Positions 8,661-18,347 of a DNA stretch of 64,000 nucleotides are shown piece after piece. The notes below the pieces were generated by a model. The model worked only from the letters and a program-made list of their open reading frames with translations. It searched no databases and was not told the DNA's origin. Position 1 is the first letter of the stretch. Every line of letters begins with the position of its first letter. Origin of the DNA: Candidatus Kaiserbacteria bacterium. GTDB lineage: Bacteria; Patescibacteriota; Minisyncoccia; Phycocordibacterales; Phycocordibacteraceae. The stretch covers positions 8,063 to 72,062 of the forward strand of contig JAPLWH010000014.1 of NCBI GenBank assembly GCA_026396715.1. The letters run 5' to 3'. Both the position numbers and the translations under genes were made by a program.

Positions 8661-10337
8661 ATGGACTTACCTTTTGATATTGAACACGAGACGACGAAGC
8701 TCGCCCAAGTGCGCGAACGCGAAGAAGAGGATCTCGCGCAGATACTTGCGGAGAAATACGATGCGTCCTATGTCGACCTCTCCCTTAAAGAAATAGACAA
8801 CGACGCGCTCCGCATCATTCCTGAGGAACAGGCACGCGCAGCCGAAGCAGCCGCCTTTGCGAAAGCAGCGAAGACGATTTCTCTTGCGATACATAATCCG
8901 AACAACCCGGCACTCGCCACGCTCATCGAAGACCTCGCTACGCGCGGATTTTTAGTACACAAATTTCTTGTCTCGAAGAAAAGCCTTGAGAAAGTACTTG
9001 AACGCTATAAGGACCTCTCGTACGAGACCGTATCGAAAGCGGGCGTCTTCATCGTTACTCCAGAGATTCTGGGAAAAATCATGCGCGATGGCAGCGGTCG
9101 CAAAACGCTCGAACAGGAACTTAATGCCGCAACGACCCTCAAGACGCTTGAACGAGTCTCTCGCATCCTGGAACTTGTCCTCGCGGGCTCTTTCGCTCTT
9201 CGTGCGTCCGACATCCACTTCGAGCCGCGAGAAGAGACAACCTTGCTCCGTCTGCGTATCGACGGACTCCTTTCTGACACCTACTTCTTCGACCCGGCAA
9301 CTTACCACCAACTCAACTCGCGCATCAAGCTTCTCTCGGGCGTGAAATTCAACGTTACCAACCGGGCACAAGATGGCCGCTTCAGCATCGTGAAGGGTGC
9401 GAGCCAAATCGAGATGCGCGTGTCCTTCATTCCCGGCAACTACGGCGAATCCATCGTAATGCGTATTCTTGATCCCGAGTCCACGAAAGTTTCCTACAAA
9501 GAGCTCGGTATTCCTCCAAAACTCCTTGCTCGACTCGAGGCCGAGATTCGCCGACCGAACGGCATGTTGCTAACCACTGGCCCAACAGGATCCGGTAAGA
9601 CGACGACGCTCTACTCCTTCCTCCGCGAGATTCATTCGCCAGAAATCAAGATCATCACGATCGAAGACCCGGTCGAGTATCACCTCGAAGGAATCGTGCA
9701 GACGCAAGTCGAAGGAGAGAAATATACCTTTGCCGAAGGACTTAAATCGATCGTGCGTCAGGACCCCGACATCATCATGGTCGGAGAAATCCGCGACGGC
9801 GAGACGGCCAATATCGCCATCCAAGCGGCGCTCACGGGCCACTTCGTCTTCTCGACACTCCACACGAACAATGCCGCAGGCACCTTCCCGCGCCTCGTCG
9901 ACCTCGGCGCGGACTCCCGCTCATTCGGCTCAGCGGTTACCGTCTCAATGGCGCAGCGCCTCATCCGTAAACTGCATCCAGACAAGAAGAAAGAACGCTC
10001 GCTCACAGATGACGAGAAAAAGATGATTGCAAAAGTATTTGAAACGCTTACCGACAAATCGCTGATTCCAGAAAAAATAGAGACCGTGTGGGAGCCGGCA
10101 CCGACCGATGTCGATGATACGGGCTACAAAGGCCGCGTCGGCTTGTATGAAGCGATCTTCATGGACGATGAGCTCGCAAATTTTGTCCGCGACAATCCGC
10201 CTGAAAATGAAATCGCGAAATTGGCGGCGAAACAGGGCTATCTCACCATGGCGCAAGACGGCATCATTAAAGCCCTAAACGGCGTCACCTCCCTCTCCGA
10301 AGTCGCCGCGACCGTCGATCTCCCGCGAGTCTTTTAA
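8661..10337 (+). CDS. pilB: GspE/PilB family type IV pilus assembly ATPase (paralog 1)
   Basis: ASDIHFEP, QDGRF, TGPTGSGKTTT, TIEDPVEY, RQDPDIIMVGEIRD, STLHTN. Confidence 0.88.
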   Translation: MDLPFDIEHETTKLAQVREREEEDLAQILAEKYDASYVDLSLKEIDNDALRIIPEEQARAAEAAAFAKAAKTISLAIHNPNNPALATLIEDLATRGFLVHKFLVSKKSLEKVLERYKDLSYETVSKAGVFIVTPEILGKIMRDGSGRKTLEQELNAATTLKTLERVSRILELVLAGSFALRASDIHFEPREETTLLRLRIDGLLSDTYFFDPATYHQLNSRIKLLSGVKFNVTNRAQDGRFSIVKGASQIEMRVSFIPGNYGESIVMRILDPESTKVSYKELGIPPKLLARLEAEIRRPNGMLLTTGPTGSGKTTTLYSFLREIHSPEIKIITIEDPVEYHLEGIVQTQVEGEKYTFAEGLKSIVRQDPDIIMVGEIRDGETANIAIQAALTGHFVFSTLHTNNAAGTFPRLVDLGADSRSFGSAVTVSMAQRLIRKLHPDKKKERSLTDDEKKMIAKVFETLTDKSLIPEKIETVWEPAPTDVDDTGYKGRVGLYEAIFMDDELANFVRDNPPENEIAKLAAKQGYLTMAQDGIIKALNGVTSLSEVAATVDLPRVF

Positions 10338-10349
10338 AGACCTAAAATA

Positions 10350-10700
10350 AAAAATCATCCCATACCTGTGGATGATTACGCTGACCTCTCTTCCCGTCCA
10401 TATGATTACATATGAACACTCGTTCGGCGCAGAACGATATGAGAACTGCTCGCATCGTTCTGACCTCTCTTCCCGTCCATAATCCTCCAGGCAAAACCCG
10501 CAATTAAGCGGGGTGGGCGAGATACCTGAGGAGTTCCGCAGCGCCAGCACCGAAGTGCCGGACCACAAAGTCCTTGGGAAAACGCCCGAAGCCGTCAAGC
10601 CTTGCCTAGAGGATTATGAAAAGGATCTAAGGAAGTTTGTTATTCTGGAAGAATCACAAACGAACATTTACGTCCTGGCGATGACCTGCTCCCTCTTGGT
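10350..10700 (-). ncRNA. Candidate structured non-coding RNA
   Basis: 17-bp closing stem 10478-10494/10602-10618 with a G-U pair on the minus strand, C(UUCG)G tetraloop, 22-bp direct repeat, terminator-like hairpin at ~10350-10377. Confidence 0.45.
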
Positions 10701-10751
10701 CAATACCGTGACGTCAAAACTATGATAATATGCTAGCATCATCTCATTTTT

Positions 10752-11738
10752 ATGTCAACCCCCTCGGACGCCATTCTTCCCCTTATAAAGTCGCTAGATG
10801 CCGCACTGCGCCCCTCCCACTGGGACGAGTATGTCGGGCAAAAACAGGTGAAAGCAAACGTGCGTGTCGCAATCGATGCGGCGAAGAAGCGCGGCAGCAT
10901 GCCGGAACACATCCTCTTCTATGGTCCACCAGGAGTCGGTAAGACGACACTCGCCCACCTCGTCGCCGCAACGCTTGAGTCGCCGCTAAAGAGCACGTCT
11001 GGCGTCGCAATCGAACGCGCGGGCGACCTAGCCGCAGTCCTCACAAACCTCGAACCGAACACCGTCCTCTTCATCGACGAAATCCACCGCCTCTCGCGCA
11101 AGATCGAAGAACTCCTCTATCCGGCACTTGAGTCGGGACACCTCGACATCATCCTCGGGAAAGGTCCCTCGGCACGCACTATTGAACTAGCACTTCCACC
11201 CTTTACGCTCGTCGGTGCGACAACACGTGTTGCCGATCTTTCGGGCCCCCTCCGCTCACGCTTCGGTGGCGGAATCTACCAACTCGATTTTTATAATGAT
11301 GACGACCTGCGGGACATCATCCGTCGCTCGGCAGAGCTGCTAGGTCTCTCGGCACCCGAAGAGGTTATCGAGCGCATTGCTGCGAGAAGTCGCGCAACCC
11401 CCCGCATCGCGAACGCGCTTCTGAAGCGCGTTCGCGACTTTTCCGAAGTGCACGGACGGCCACTCTCCGCGGAGCTCTGCGATGAAGCTTGCGCACTTTT
11501 CGGCATCGATGCCCATGGCCTCACGAAAGATGACCGTCGCTATCTGGAAACACTCCTGCAGGGATTCCGCGGAGGTCCGGCTGGCGTTCGCGCTATCGCG
11601 GCGGCGCTGCATGAAGACCCCGATACAGTCGAGTACGTCTATGAGCCCTACCTCCTCCGCCTCGGCTTCATCGAACGCTCTTCTCGTGGCCGCATACTCA
11701 CCTCAAAAGGTCGCGCTTTTCTGCAAGACGGAGCATAA
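10752..11738 (+). CDS. ruvB: Holliday junction branch migration helicase
   Basis: LRPSHWDEYVGQ, GPPGVGKTTLA, FIDEIHRL, YEPYLL. Confidence 0.95.
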   Translation: MSTPSDAILPLIKSLDAALRPSHWDEYVGQKQVKANVRVAIDAAKKRGSMPEHILFYGPPGVGKTTLAHLVAATLESPLKSTSGVAIERAGDLAAVLTNLEPNTVLFIDEIHRLSRKIEELLYPALESGHLDIILGKGPSARTIELALPPFTLVGATTRVADLSGPLRSRFGGGIYQLDFYNDDDLRDIIRRSAELLGLSAPEEVIERIAARSRATPRIANALLKRVRDFSEVHGRPLSAELCDEACALFGIDAHGLTKDDRRYLETLLQGFRGGPAGVRAIAAALHEDPDTVEYVYEPYLLRLGFIERSSRGRILTSKGRAFLQDGA

Positions 11739-11746
11739 TCAAGCCT

Positions 11747-12301
11747 ATGTCAGGACACAGCAAATGGTCCCAGATCAAACGTCAGAAGTCTGTCACTGAC
11801 GCTGCGCGGAGCCGCGTCTTCTCACGCTATGCGCGCCTCGTCACGCTCGAGTCAAAGAAAGCGAACGGACTCCTTTCGGCACCAGGACTTTCCATGGCTA
11901 TCACGCGTGCGAAAGCGGTGAACATGCCGAAAGAAAATATTGAACGTGCGGTCGCGAAAGGAACTTCGAAAGATTCAGGAAATCTCGAACAGGTCGTCTA
12001 TGAAGCCTACGGCCCGGGCGGCGTCGCGATCCTCGTCGATGCGTTTACCGACAACAAGAATAGGACGACGCAAGAGATAAAACATCTGCTCGTACTGCAC
12101 GACGTCGAGCTCGCTGCGCCCGGTGCGGCAAGCTGGGCCTTTACGAAAACCGGCGGCGTTTACGTGCCAAACGAACCACTCATTGACGTCATGGGAGAAG
12201 ATGAAAACAAGCTCGGAGCGATACTCGAAGCGCTTGACGAGCACGCCGATGTGCAACAGGTATTCACGAACGCACGCGGCTATGAGGATACTGGCGATTG
12301 A
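11747..12301 (+). CDS. yebC: YebC/PmpR family protein (short form)
   Basis: MSGHSKWSQIKRQK, YEAYGPGGVA, TDNKNRT. Confidence 0.9.
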   Translation: MSGHSKWSQIKRQKSVTDAARSRVFSRYARLVTLESKKANGLLSAPGLSMAITRAKAVNMPKENIERAVAKGTSKDSGNLEQVVYEAYGPGGVAILVDAFTDNKNRTTQEIKHLLVLHDVELAAPGAASWAFTKTGGVYVPNEPLIDVMGEDENKLGAILEALDEHADVQQVFTNARGYEDTGD

Positions 12302-12758
12302 TCCGGGCTACGATCGTCTCGGCATCGCCGTCGTCGAAGGAAATTCGTCGCGACCAGTGCTCATCATGAGCGAATGCGTGCGTCCGGAAAAAGGCACGCG
12401 GGCAGAACGCCTGGCAGACGTCGCGAACGCGATTACGAAAGCGATCAAAGACTACACTCCCGATGTGCTCGCTATCGAGACACTCTTTTTTAGTACCAAT
12501 AAAAAGACCGCACTTGGCGTCGCGGAAGCACGCGGAGCAATCCTCGCCGCCGCAGGCATCGCTTCCCTGCCGGTCATAGAGTGTTCACCGCAGCAAGTGA
12601 AGATTGCTGTTACTGGCCACGGTGGCGCAGACAAAGCCGCTATCGCGAACATGGTTCCACGACTCCTCCTTCTCCCAAAAAAGAAACGTTTTGATGATGA
12701 GCTGGACGCTATCGCCGTTGGCATTACCGCTCTGGCTTTCGGCCTTCCCCCGCACTAA
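12282..12758 (+). CDS. ruvC: Crossover junction endodeoxyribonuclease
   Basis: MRILAIDPGYDRLG, IETLFF, AEARG, DDELDAIAVG. Confidence 0.93.
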   Translation: MRILAIDPGYDRLGIAVVEGNSSRPVLIMSECVRPEKGTRAERLADVANAITKAIKDYTPDVLAIETLFFSTNKKTALGVAEARGAILAAAGIASLPVIECSPQQVKIAVTGHGGADKAAIANMVPRLLLLPKKKRFDDELDAIAVGITALAFGLPPH

Positions 12759-12856
12759 TCCCCACCCGAACGCGAATCGGGACTTGCATGAGGAGAAAAT
12801 TTGTTTAAATATACCCGTTCCCGTGCCGGAATAACTTTTAATTATAATCCTAGCGT

Positions 12857-12955
12857 ATGGACGAAGAAGAACTCATGATTGATGATGGGAATCTGCTCGA
12901 TGAAGAGACCGAAACCCCCGAAGTAGAGACAGAAGAGGAGGAAGAGAATTATTAG
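12857..12955 (+). CDS. Putative 32-aa highly acidic micropeptide
   Basis: MDEEELMIDDGNLLDEETETPEVETEEEEENY; TATAAT just upstream, strong hairpin just downstream. Confidence 0.55.
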   Translation: MDEEELMIDDGNLLDEETETPEVETEEEEENY

Positions 12956-12958
12956 ACG

Positions 12959-13001
12959 AAATCGCAGCGAGCTCTCAGGTAGGAGAGCTCGCTGCGATTT
13001 T
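12959..13001 (+). terminator. Intrinsic terminator
   Basis: AAATCGCAGCGAGCTCTC-loop-GAGAGCTCGCTGCGATTTT. Confidence 0.7.
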
Positions 13002-13031
13002 ACGCTCTCGTGAGGGAGTGGCAGTGGTAGT

Positions 13032-15212
13032 ATGTGCACTATGTCTCTCTGGAAACACTACTCTTCCCGACATCCCATCCCTCTCTCAATAGCGCTCGCA
13101 CTCTTTGGTGTCGGATTCCTTATCGGCGGAGGGATTCTCCTTTTGGTCGCCACCACCCCCGTACCAGACATCGCTTCATTCTCCTCCCGACAAATCGATC
13201 AATCGACAAAAATCTATGATCGCACCGGGCAAGTACTGCTCTACGACTACAATAGGGACGCGAAACGCAACGTCGTCCCGCTTGCCTCCATTTCGCCGCA
13301 CACAATACATGCGACTATCGCGATCGAGGACTCTAGTTTTTATGAACATGGCGGCATCCGCTTCACGTCCATCCTTCGGGCGATCCTAATCGATGCACTC
13401 GGCGGTGCGCTCTCGCAGGGTGGCTCGACAATCACGCAGCAAGTCGTAAAAAATGAGCTGCTCACGAATAAAAAAAGTATCACACGCAAGATCAATGAAT
13501 GGATGCTCGCGATCAAGATGGAGCAAGCCTATTCAAAAGATCAGATCCTTGAGACCTACCTCAACAGTATCCCCTACGGCGGAACACTCTACGGCATCGA
13601 GGCTGCCGCGGGAACGTATTTCGGCAAGCCGGCAAAAGATCTCTCACTCGCGCAGGCCGCCTATCTCGCGGCGATGATCCAAGCCCCTTCTTACTACTCC
13701 CCATACGGAGCGCATAAAACCGAACTTGCCGCCCGTAAAGACCTCGTACTCGAGCGAATGCACACACTCGGTTTTATAGATGCTGCGGCGTACGCAGATG
13801 CGCGCGCAGAGACCGTATCCTTCGCACCGACCGGACAAACCTCGATCATCGTTGCGCCGCACTTCGTTTTCTACATCCTCAGCCAGCTCAAAGAAAAGTA
13901 CGGCTCGCCAGCTCTCATGTCGGGGCTGAAGGTCATCACAACGCTCGACGCGGATCTCGAGGTAAAAGCCGAATCAATCATAAATCAGTACGCGCTTGAA
14001 AACGTGAAGAAGTTCAAAGCGACAAATGCTTCGCTCGTCGCGCTCGACCCTCAGAGCGGCCAGATACTGGCGATGGTCGGCTCGCGGAATTTCTTTGATA
14101 AAGAGATTGATGGCCAATACAACGCCACACTCGCTTCGCGACAGCCGGGTTCCGCGATGAAGCCCTTCATCTATGCGCTCGCTCTTTTGCGCGGCTACAC
14201 GCGCGACACGGTTGTGTTCGACGTGCCGACACAGTTCTCAACCGCCTGTCAGCCATCGGACGTCACGAATAACATTCCCCCCTGCTACGCACCGGAAAAT
14301 TACGACGGGAACTTCCGTGGCCCGATGACATTCGAAACCGCGCTCGCGCAGTCGATCAACATCCCCGCTATCAAAGCTCTCTATTTGGTCGGCATACAAA
14401 ATGCTGTCGCATTTGCGAAGTCATTTGGCCTCGCAACGCTCGGCGATCCGAATCAGTACGGCCTCACGCTCGTGCTCGGCGGTGGCGAAGTCCACCTTCT
14501 CGATCTTACTGGCGCGTACGCCACCTTCGCGAATGAGGGCGTAAGAAATACGCCGACCGGCATACTCGAAGTCAGTGATGCAAGCGGTGCTGTTCTCGAC
14601 GGATACACCCCTCAACAATCAAGAGTGCTCCCCGCGACTATCGCAAACGATGTTTCCGCCATGCTCTCCGACGCACCGGCTCGTCTGCCGGAATACCCCC
14701 TCAACTCCCCTCTTTCATTCTCCGGATACGACGTCGCAGTAAAGACTGGTACGACAAACGACACTCGAGACGCATGGATCATCGGCTACACCCCCTCCAT
14801 CGCAATCGGTGTCTGGGCCGGAAACAACGACAACAGCGCCATGGTGAAGTCGGTCGCTGGTTTCATCGCAGCGCCAATGTGGCATGAAGTAATGGCCTAC
14901 GCGCTTTCAAAATACCCAAAGACGTATTTCAATGAGCCGAGCACCATCCTCGGCTCCGTTCCTCAAATGCTGCAAGGAAATTGGCGCATACCAGACCAGA
15001 ACGGATCCTTCACACCTCACAGCTTGCTGTATTGGACGGATAAAAACAGCCCTCAAGGTTCACCTTCTGCAAATCCCGCCGTAGATCCTCAATTCGCGTA
15101 TTGGGAGTATGGTATTGCGGCTTGGTATGCGAGCCATCCAGAACTTTTCTCAAATCCCCAGATATTCGTCCCTATCTCTTTTACTCAACCAGAACCGACA
15201 CTCCCTCTGTAG
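13032..15212 (+). CDS. Class A penicillin-binding protein (transglycosylase + transpeptidase)
   Basis: IEDSSFYEHGG, QGGSTITQQ, RQPGSAMKPF (SxxK), SIN, KTGT. Confidence 0.92.
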   Translation: MCTMSLWKHYSSRHPIPLSIALALFGVGFLIGGGILLLVATTPVPDIASFSSRQIDQSTKIYDRTGQVLLYDYNRDAKRNVVPLASISPHTIHATIAIEDSSFYEHGGIRFTSILRAILIDALGGALSQGGSTITQQVVKNELLTNKKSITRKINEWMLAIKMEQAYSKDQILETYLNSIPYGGTLYGIEAAAGTYFGKPAKDLSLAQAAYLAAMIQAPSYYSPYGAHKTELAARKDLVLERMHTLGFIDAAAYADARAETVSFAPTGQTSIIVAPHFVFYILSQLKEKYGSPALMSGLKVITTLDADLEVKAESIINQYALENVKKFKATNASLVALDPQSGQILAMVGSRNFFDKEIDGQYNATLASRQPGSAMKPFIYALALLRGYTRDTVVFDVPTQFSTACQPSDVTNNIPPCYAPENYDGNFRGPMTFETALAQSINIPAIKALYLVGIQNAVAFAKSFGLATLGDPNQYGLTLVLGGGEVHLLDLTGAYATFANEGVRNTPTGILEVSDASGAVLDGYTPQQSRVLPATIANDVSAMLSDAPARLPEYPLNSPLSFSGYDVAVKTGTTNDTRDAWIIGYTPSIAIGVWAGNNDNSAMVKSVAGFIAAPMWHEVMAYALSKYPKTYFNEPSTILGSVPQMLQGNWRIPDQNGSFTPHSLLYWTDKNSPQGSPSANPAVDPQFAYWEYGIAAWYASHPELFSNPQIFVPISFTQPEPTLPL

Positions 15213-15214
15213 GG

Positions 15215-16315
15215 CTACTGATTCATCGGAGAGACGAGATAGAGGAGTGAAGTGTCACCGACACCTTTTATAATGAGCGGGCGCCCTATCCCTGCAGCAA
15301 CCAGCGAGAGACTCTCGGATGAGGTTAGTGCCAACACTGCTGAAAGATACCTATGATTAAAAGAAAGCTCGAGGGCACTCCCTGTTATCTGCGCATTCAG
15401 CGCTTCTACTGATTCTCCAACGTCTGCATTTCGCGCAAAGAGAGAGAACGTATTTTTCTTAGGATCAAAACTCATACGTACTTTTTGAAAAGAATCAGAA
15501 AAGATTGTTGTTCTCTTTAAAGCACTTTCAAAATCCTTCCTGAGCACAACCGCCTCTACGATTGATTCTTTCGGTATGATCTGCCGATAGTCAGGATATA
15601 CCGCATTGGTGAGACGAGAGACCACCATTCCCATATCGCCAACAAAGGCACACTGATGCTCATCAAATGACATGATGATGTCGTTATCCGGCAGTGCTTG
15701 CGCTATATCAAGCGCGTTTTTCGCCGGAATAAGGAATTTCCCTTGAGTCCCCTTATTTGTCAGAGGAATTTTTTTCTCCGCGAGTCTGAAAGAATCCGTC
15801 GCAACCGCCGTCATTACTCCCCCTTCAATAGAAAGATAGATACTCGCTAATTCAGGACGGACTGTTGAGGAAGATGCGCAGGAGGCGATGGAAGTAAATA
15901 AAGAACGGAGAAGAACTCCAGGAAGCACGATTCTATTTTTAGGGTTTTCAGGAAACGGTATAGATGGAAAATCTTCATAAGGAATCGTCTTTATAGAACT
16001 TTTACTATTTCCACTTATTATGGAAATAGTATCGCCCGTATGTTCAATAGTTATTTTTCCTTCTTGAGTAAAAGAGCCGGCAATTTGTTGTAATATCGTC
16101 GCCGGAATAGCAACAACTCCTTTTGTTATACACACTCCTTCAATTTTAAGATCAATACCTGTCTCAAGATTTGTTGCGCGCATCTTTATACCCTCATCCC
16201 CTGCAATAATAAGTATTGAGGAAAGTGCTGGCAGCGTCGCACTCTTTCTTTCAGCAAATCGAGCGACCGTATGCACAGCCTCTGAGAATTTCTTTTTTTC
16301 TATGGAAATAATCAT
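15215..16315 (-). CDS. dnaN: DNA polymerase III beta clamp
   Basis: ATNLE, ATDSFRLAEK, YPDYRQIIP, YLVSPM; downstream of dnaA. Confidence 0.95.
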   Translation of the reverse strand: MIISIEKKKFSEAVHTVARFAERKSATLPALSSILIIAGDEGIKMRATNLETGIDLKIEGVCITKGVVAIPATILQQIAGSFTQEGKITIEHTGDTISIISGNSKSSIKTIPYEDFPSIPFPENPKNRIVLPGVLLRSLFTSIASCASSSTVRPELASIYLSIEGGVMTAVATDSFRLAEKKIPLTNKGTQGKFLIPAKNALDIAQALPDNDIIMSFDEHQCAFVGDMGMVVSRLTNAVYPDYRQIIPKESIVEAVVLRKDFESALKRTTIFSDSFQKVRMSFDPKKNTFSLFARNADVGESVEALNAQITGSALELSFNHRYLSAVLALTSSESLSLVAAGIGRPLIIKGVGDTSLLYLVSPMNQ

Positions 16316-16520
16316 ACGATTCTTATTAGGGCTGTTGATAAGTGGATAAATAAGAAATACGCTTTAGGTGCGCGGTATTTAGCGCTGAGTATTTTACGTA
16401 AGGTGTTAATAGGTACTGGGTAGATGTCATACAAGAAGGGTGCGAATATTTTGAATCTCTTGTAAGAGGTCACTATCCACAAGCATTTCTCGCTTTATCT
16501 TCTCACAGGAGTGGATAACT
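16316..16520. promoter_or_regulatory. Putative oriC region with DnaA-box-like sites
   Basis: TGTTGATAA (16333), AGTGGATAA (16341), CTATCCACA (~16473), AGTGGATAA (~16510) around the dnaA-dnaN gap. Confidence 0.5.
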
Positions 16521-17776
16521 GTCGTGTGATCACGGCCACCGAGTTTTGTGCCGATCGTTGGGTAGGATATATGAAAATCCTCACGGAGGATATACATGAT
16601 GATCTGACGCGGGCGGACCACTTCCCTACGGCGGGTCTTCTCATAAATACTTTCCTCATCAATACCGTAGAATTCAGCCACTTTATCGACGACATTTTTC
16701 ACGGAAATATTTTTCTGGGGGCGGCTAAATGAGCGAAGGGATTGGCGTACTTCCGCGATATCCGGCGCGAGACCCTTCACTTGTGCCTGACAGATGATGC
16801 TATTTACCATACCTTCCAATTCCCGTATGGAGCCATTCATAGAGGTTGCGACGTATTCAATCACCTCATTCGAGAGTAATACGCCGTGAGAGGCCGCCTT
16901 CTTGCGTACAATGGCCATACGAGACTCTGGGTCAGGCTCACCTATGTCCACAGCCATACCACTCGCGAGACGGCCTTTTAGGCGCTCAGCGATATCAGGT
17001 ATGGCTGATGGAGGGCGATCGGAAGAGAAGATGATCTGCTTGTTCGTATCATAGAGTGCATTAAAGAGATGGAAGAGTTCTTCCTGCGTCTTTTCCTTTT
17101 TAGAGAGGAATTGGACGTCATCCATAATAAGGAGGTCGTACTGGCGGTATTTGTCTTTGAAACGGTTTGCGGTTCCCGCCTGCACCGAGTCGGTGTAATC
17201 GACGACGAATTTTTCCGACGTGAGATAGAACACTTTCCGTCCTTGATACTGCTTCTTGTACTGATTGCCGATCGCTTGGATGAGGTGTGTCTTCCCTCGC
17301 CCAGTATCGCCGTAGATGAAGAGTGGATTGTAGGTGATTCCGGGTCGCTCAAGCGCTGCGTGAGCCGCTGCGTAGGCGAGATTATTGAAGGAGCCGATGA
17401 CGAAGGTCTCAAATGTGTAGCGCGGATTTAGATTGTCGCTCTTGTTTATATAGAAATCCTCCAGAGGCAGTTCGAGCGCGCCACGTGTGTTCTTTACCTC
17501 TTTTGGCGCCTTACGATTCTCATCTTTCACGATGAGATACTCGATATTGCGGAATTCATAGGAGACGTCGCGGACAATCTTCAGTAAGAGGGTGTGAAAT
17601 TTCTTGAGATACCAGTCTTTGAAGAATTGGCTCGGGACGCCGACGAACAAAACGCCGTCTTCTATCTTAACGATGAAACTATTGCGGAACCAGGTGTTGA
17701 AATTTGCAGGAGAAATGGAAAGTTCGACTTGCGTAAGCATGTACTCCCATAACTCCTTCGGATCCCCTTTGTTCAT
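16427..17776 (-). CDS. dnaA: Chromosomal replication initiator
   Basis: LNPRYTFETFVIG, YNPLFIYGDTGRGKTHL, DDVQFL, GGRDHTTVIHS. Confidence 0.97.
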   Translation of the reverse strand: MNKGDPKELWEYMLTQVELSISPANFNTWFRNSFIVKIEDGVLFVGVPSQFFKDWYLKKFHTLLLKIVRDVSYEFRNIEYLIVKDENRKAPKEVKNTRGALELPLEDFYINKSDNLNPRYTFETFVIGSFNNLAYAAAHAALERPGITYNPLFIYGDTGRGKTHLIQAIGNQYKKQYQGRKVFYLTSEKFVVDYTDSVQAGTANRFKDKYRQYDLLIMDDVQFLSKKEKTQEELFHLFNALYDTNKQIIFSSDRPPSAIPDIAERLKGRLASGMAVDIGEPDPESRMAIVRKKAASHGVLLSNEVIEYVATSMNGSIRELEGMVNSIICQAQVKGLAPDIAEVRQSLRSFSRPQKNISVKNVVDKVAEFYGIDEESIYEKTRRREVVRPRQIIMYILREDFHISYPTIGTKLGGRDHTTVIHSCEKIKREMLVDSDLLQEIQNIRTLLV

Positions 17777-17875
17777 GGTGCTTTGGAGTATACGCTTCTT
17801 CCGCAGACAAGGCACTCTGGCGTTTCGGGGAGAACCTGTTAGTATCATGTGCACAACCTAATTTGTTGACTTCCT

Positions 17876-18013
17876 ATGTCCAAACGAACCTACCAGCCGA
17901 AGAAACGTAAGCGTGCAACAACGCACGGTTTCCTCGTGCGCTCGAAAACGAGCTCCGGCCGCAAGATTTTGCAGGGTCGTCGTCGTATCGGTCGCGCAAG
18001 CCTCTCGGTTTAA
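17876..18013 (+). CDS. rpmH: 50S ribosomal protein L34
   Basis: Manual translation [45 protein letters not shown]; canonical position. Confidence 0.95.
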   Translation: MSKRTYQPKKRKRATTHGFLVRSKTSSGRKILQGRRRIGRASLSV

Positions 18014-18018
18014 TCTCC

Positions 18019-18330
18019 GTGTTCCCGCAAAGAGAGCGGCTTCCTCGTGCGAAGTTCCCCGCGGCGCTCTCAAGCGGCCGGCGACTCTCCTCGGTGAACT
18101 TCTCCGTCGTCCTTCCTAAAGAGGCTCACGGCTACGCGGTTATCGTGTCTAAAAAGGTCGCGCGCCTCTCGGTTACCCGGCATCTTATAAAGCGACGGGT
18201 GCTTGTGACACTGCGCGCCCTCGCTCCCCGGCCTCCCGCACTTATCGTTTTCCCAAAAGCACCCGTCAGCAAGATGTCGGTGCAGGATATCAAGGCGGAA
18301 CTCGCGGTCCTTCTTTCTAAAATTCGGTAG
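18019..18330 (+). CDS. rnpA: RNase P protein component
   Basis: VIVSKKVARLSVTRHLIKRR (RNR motif variant); between rpmH and yidC. Confidence 0.85.
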   Translation: MFPQRERLPRAKFPAALSSGRRLSSVNFSVVLPKEAHGYAVIVSKKVARLSVTRHLIKRRVLVTLRALAPRPPALIVFPKAPVSKMSVQDIKAELAVLLSKIR

Positions 18331-18347
18331 TAGCGTAGAATGGCTTT

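Noticed and set aside
10381-10481. Mini-CRISPR from the 22-bp direct repeat
   Set aside because: Only two copies, non-palindromic, a 57-nt spacer and no cas genes.
10752-12758. ruvB-yebC-ruvC without ruvA
   Set aside because: ruvA may lie elsewhere in the genome; absence from one window is uninformative.
15215-16430. AT-rich dnaN as a horizontally acquired gene
   Set aside because: It is in canonical dnaA-dnaN synteny, and the composition may reflect origin proximity. I cannot quantify it here.
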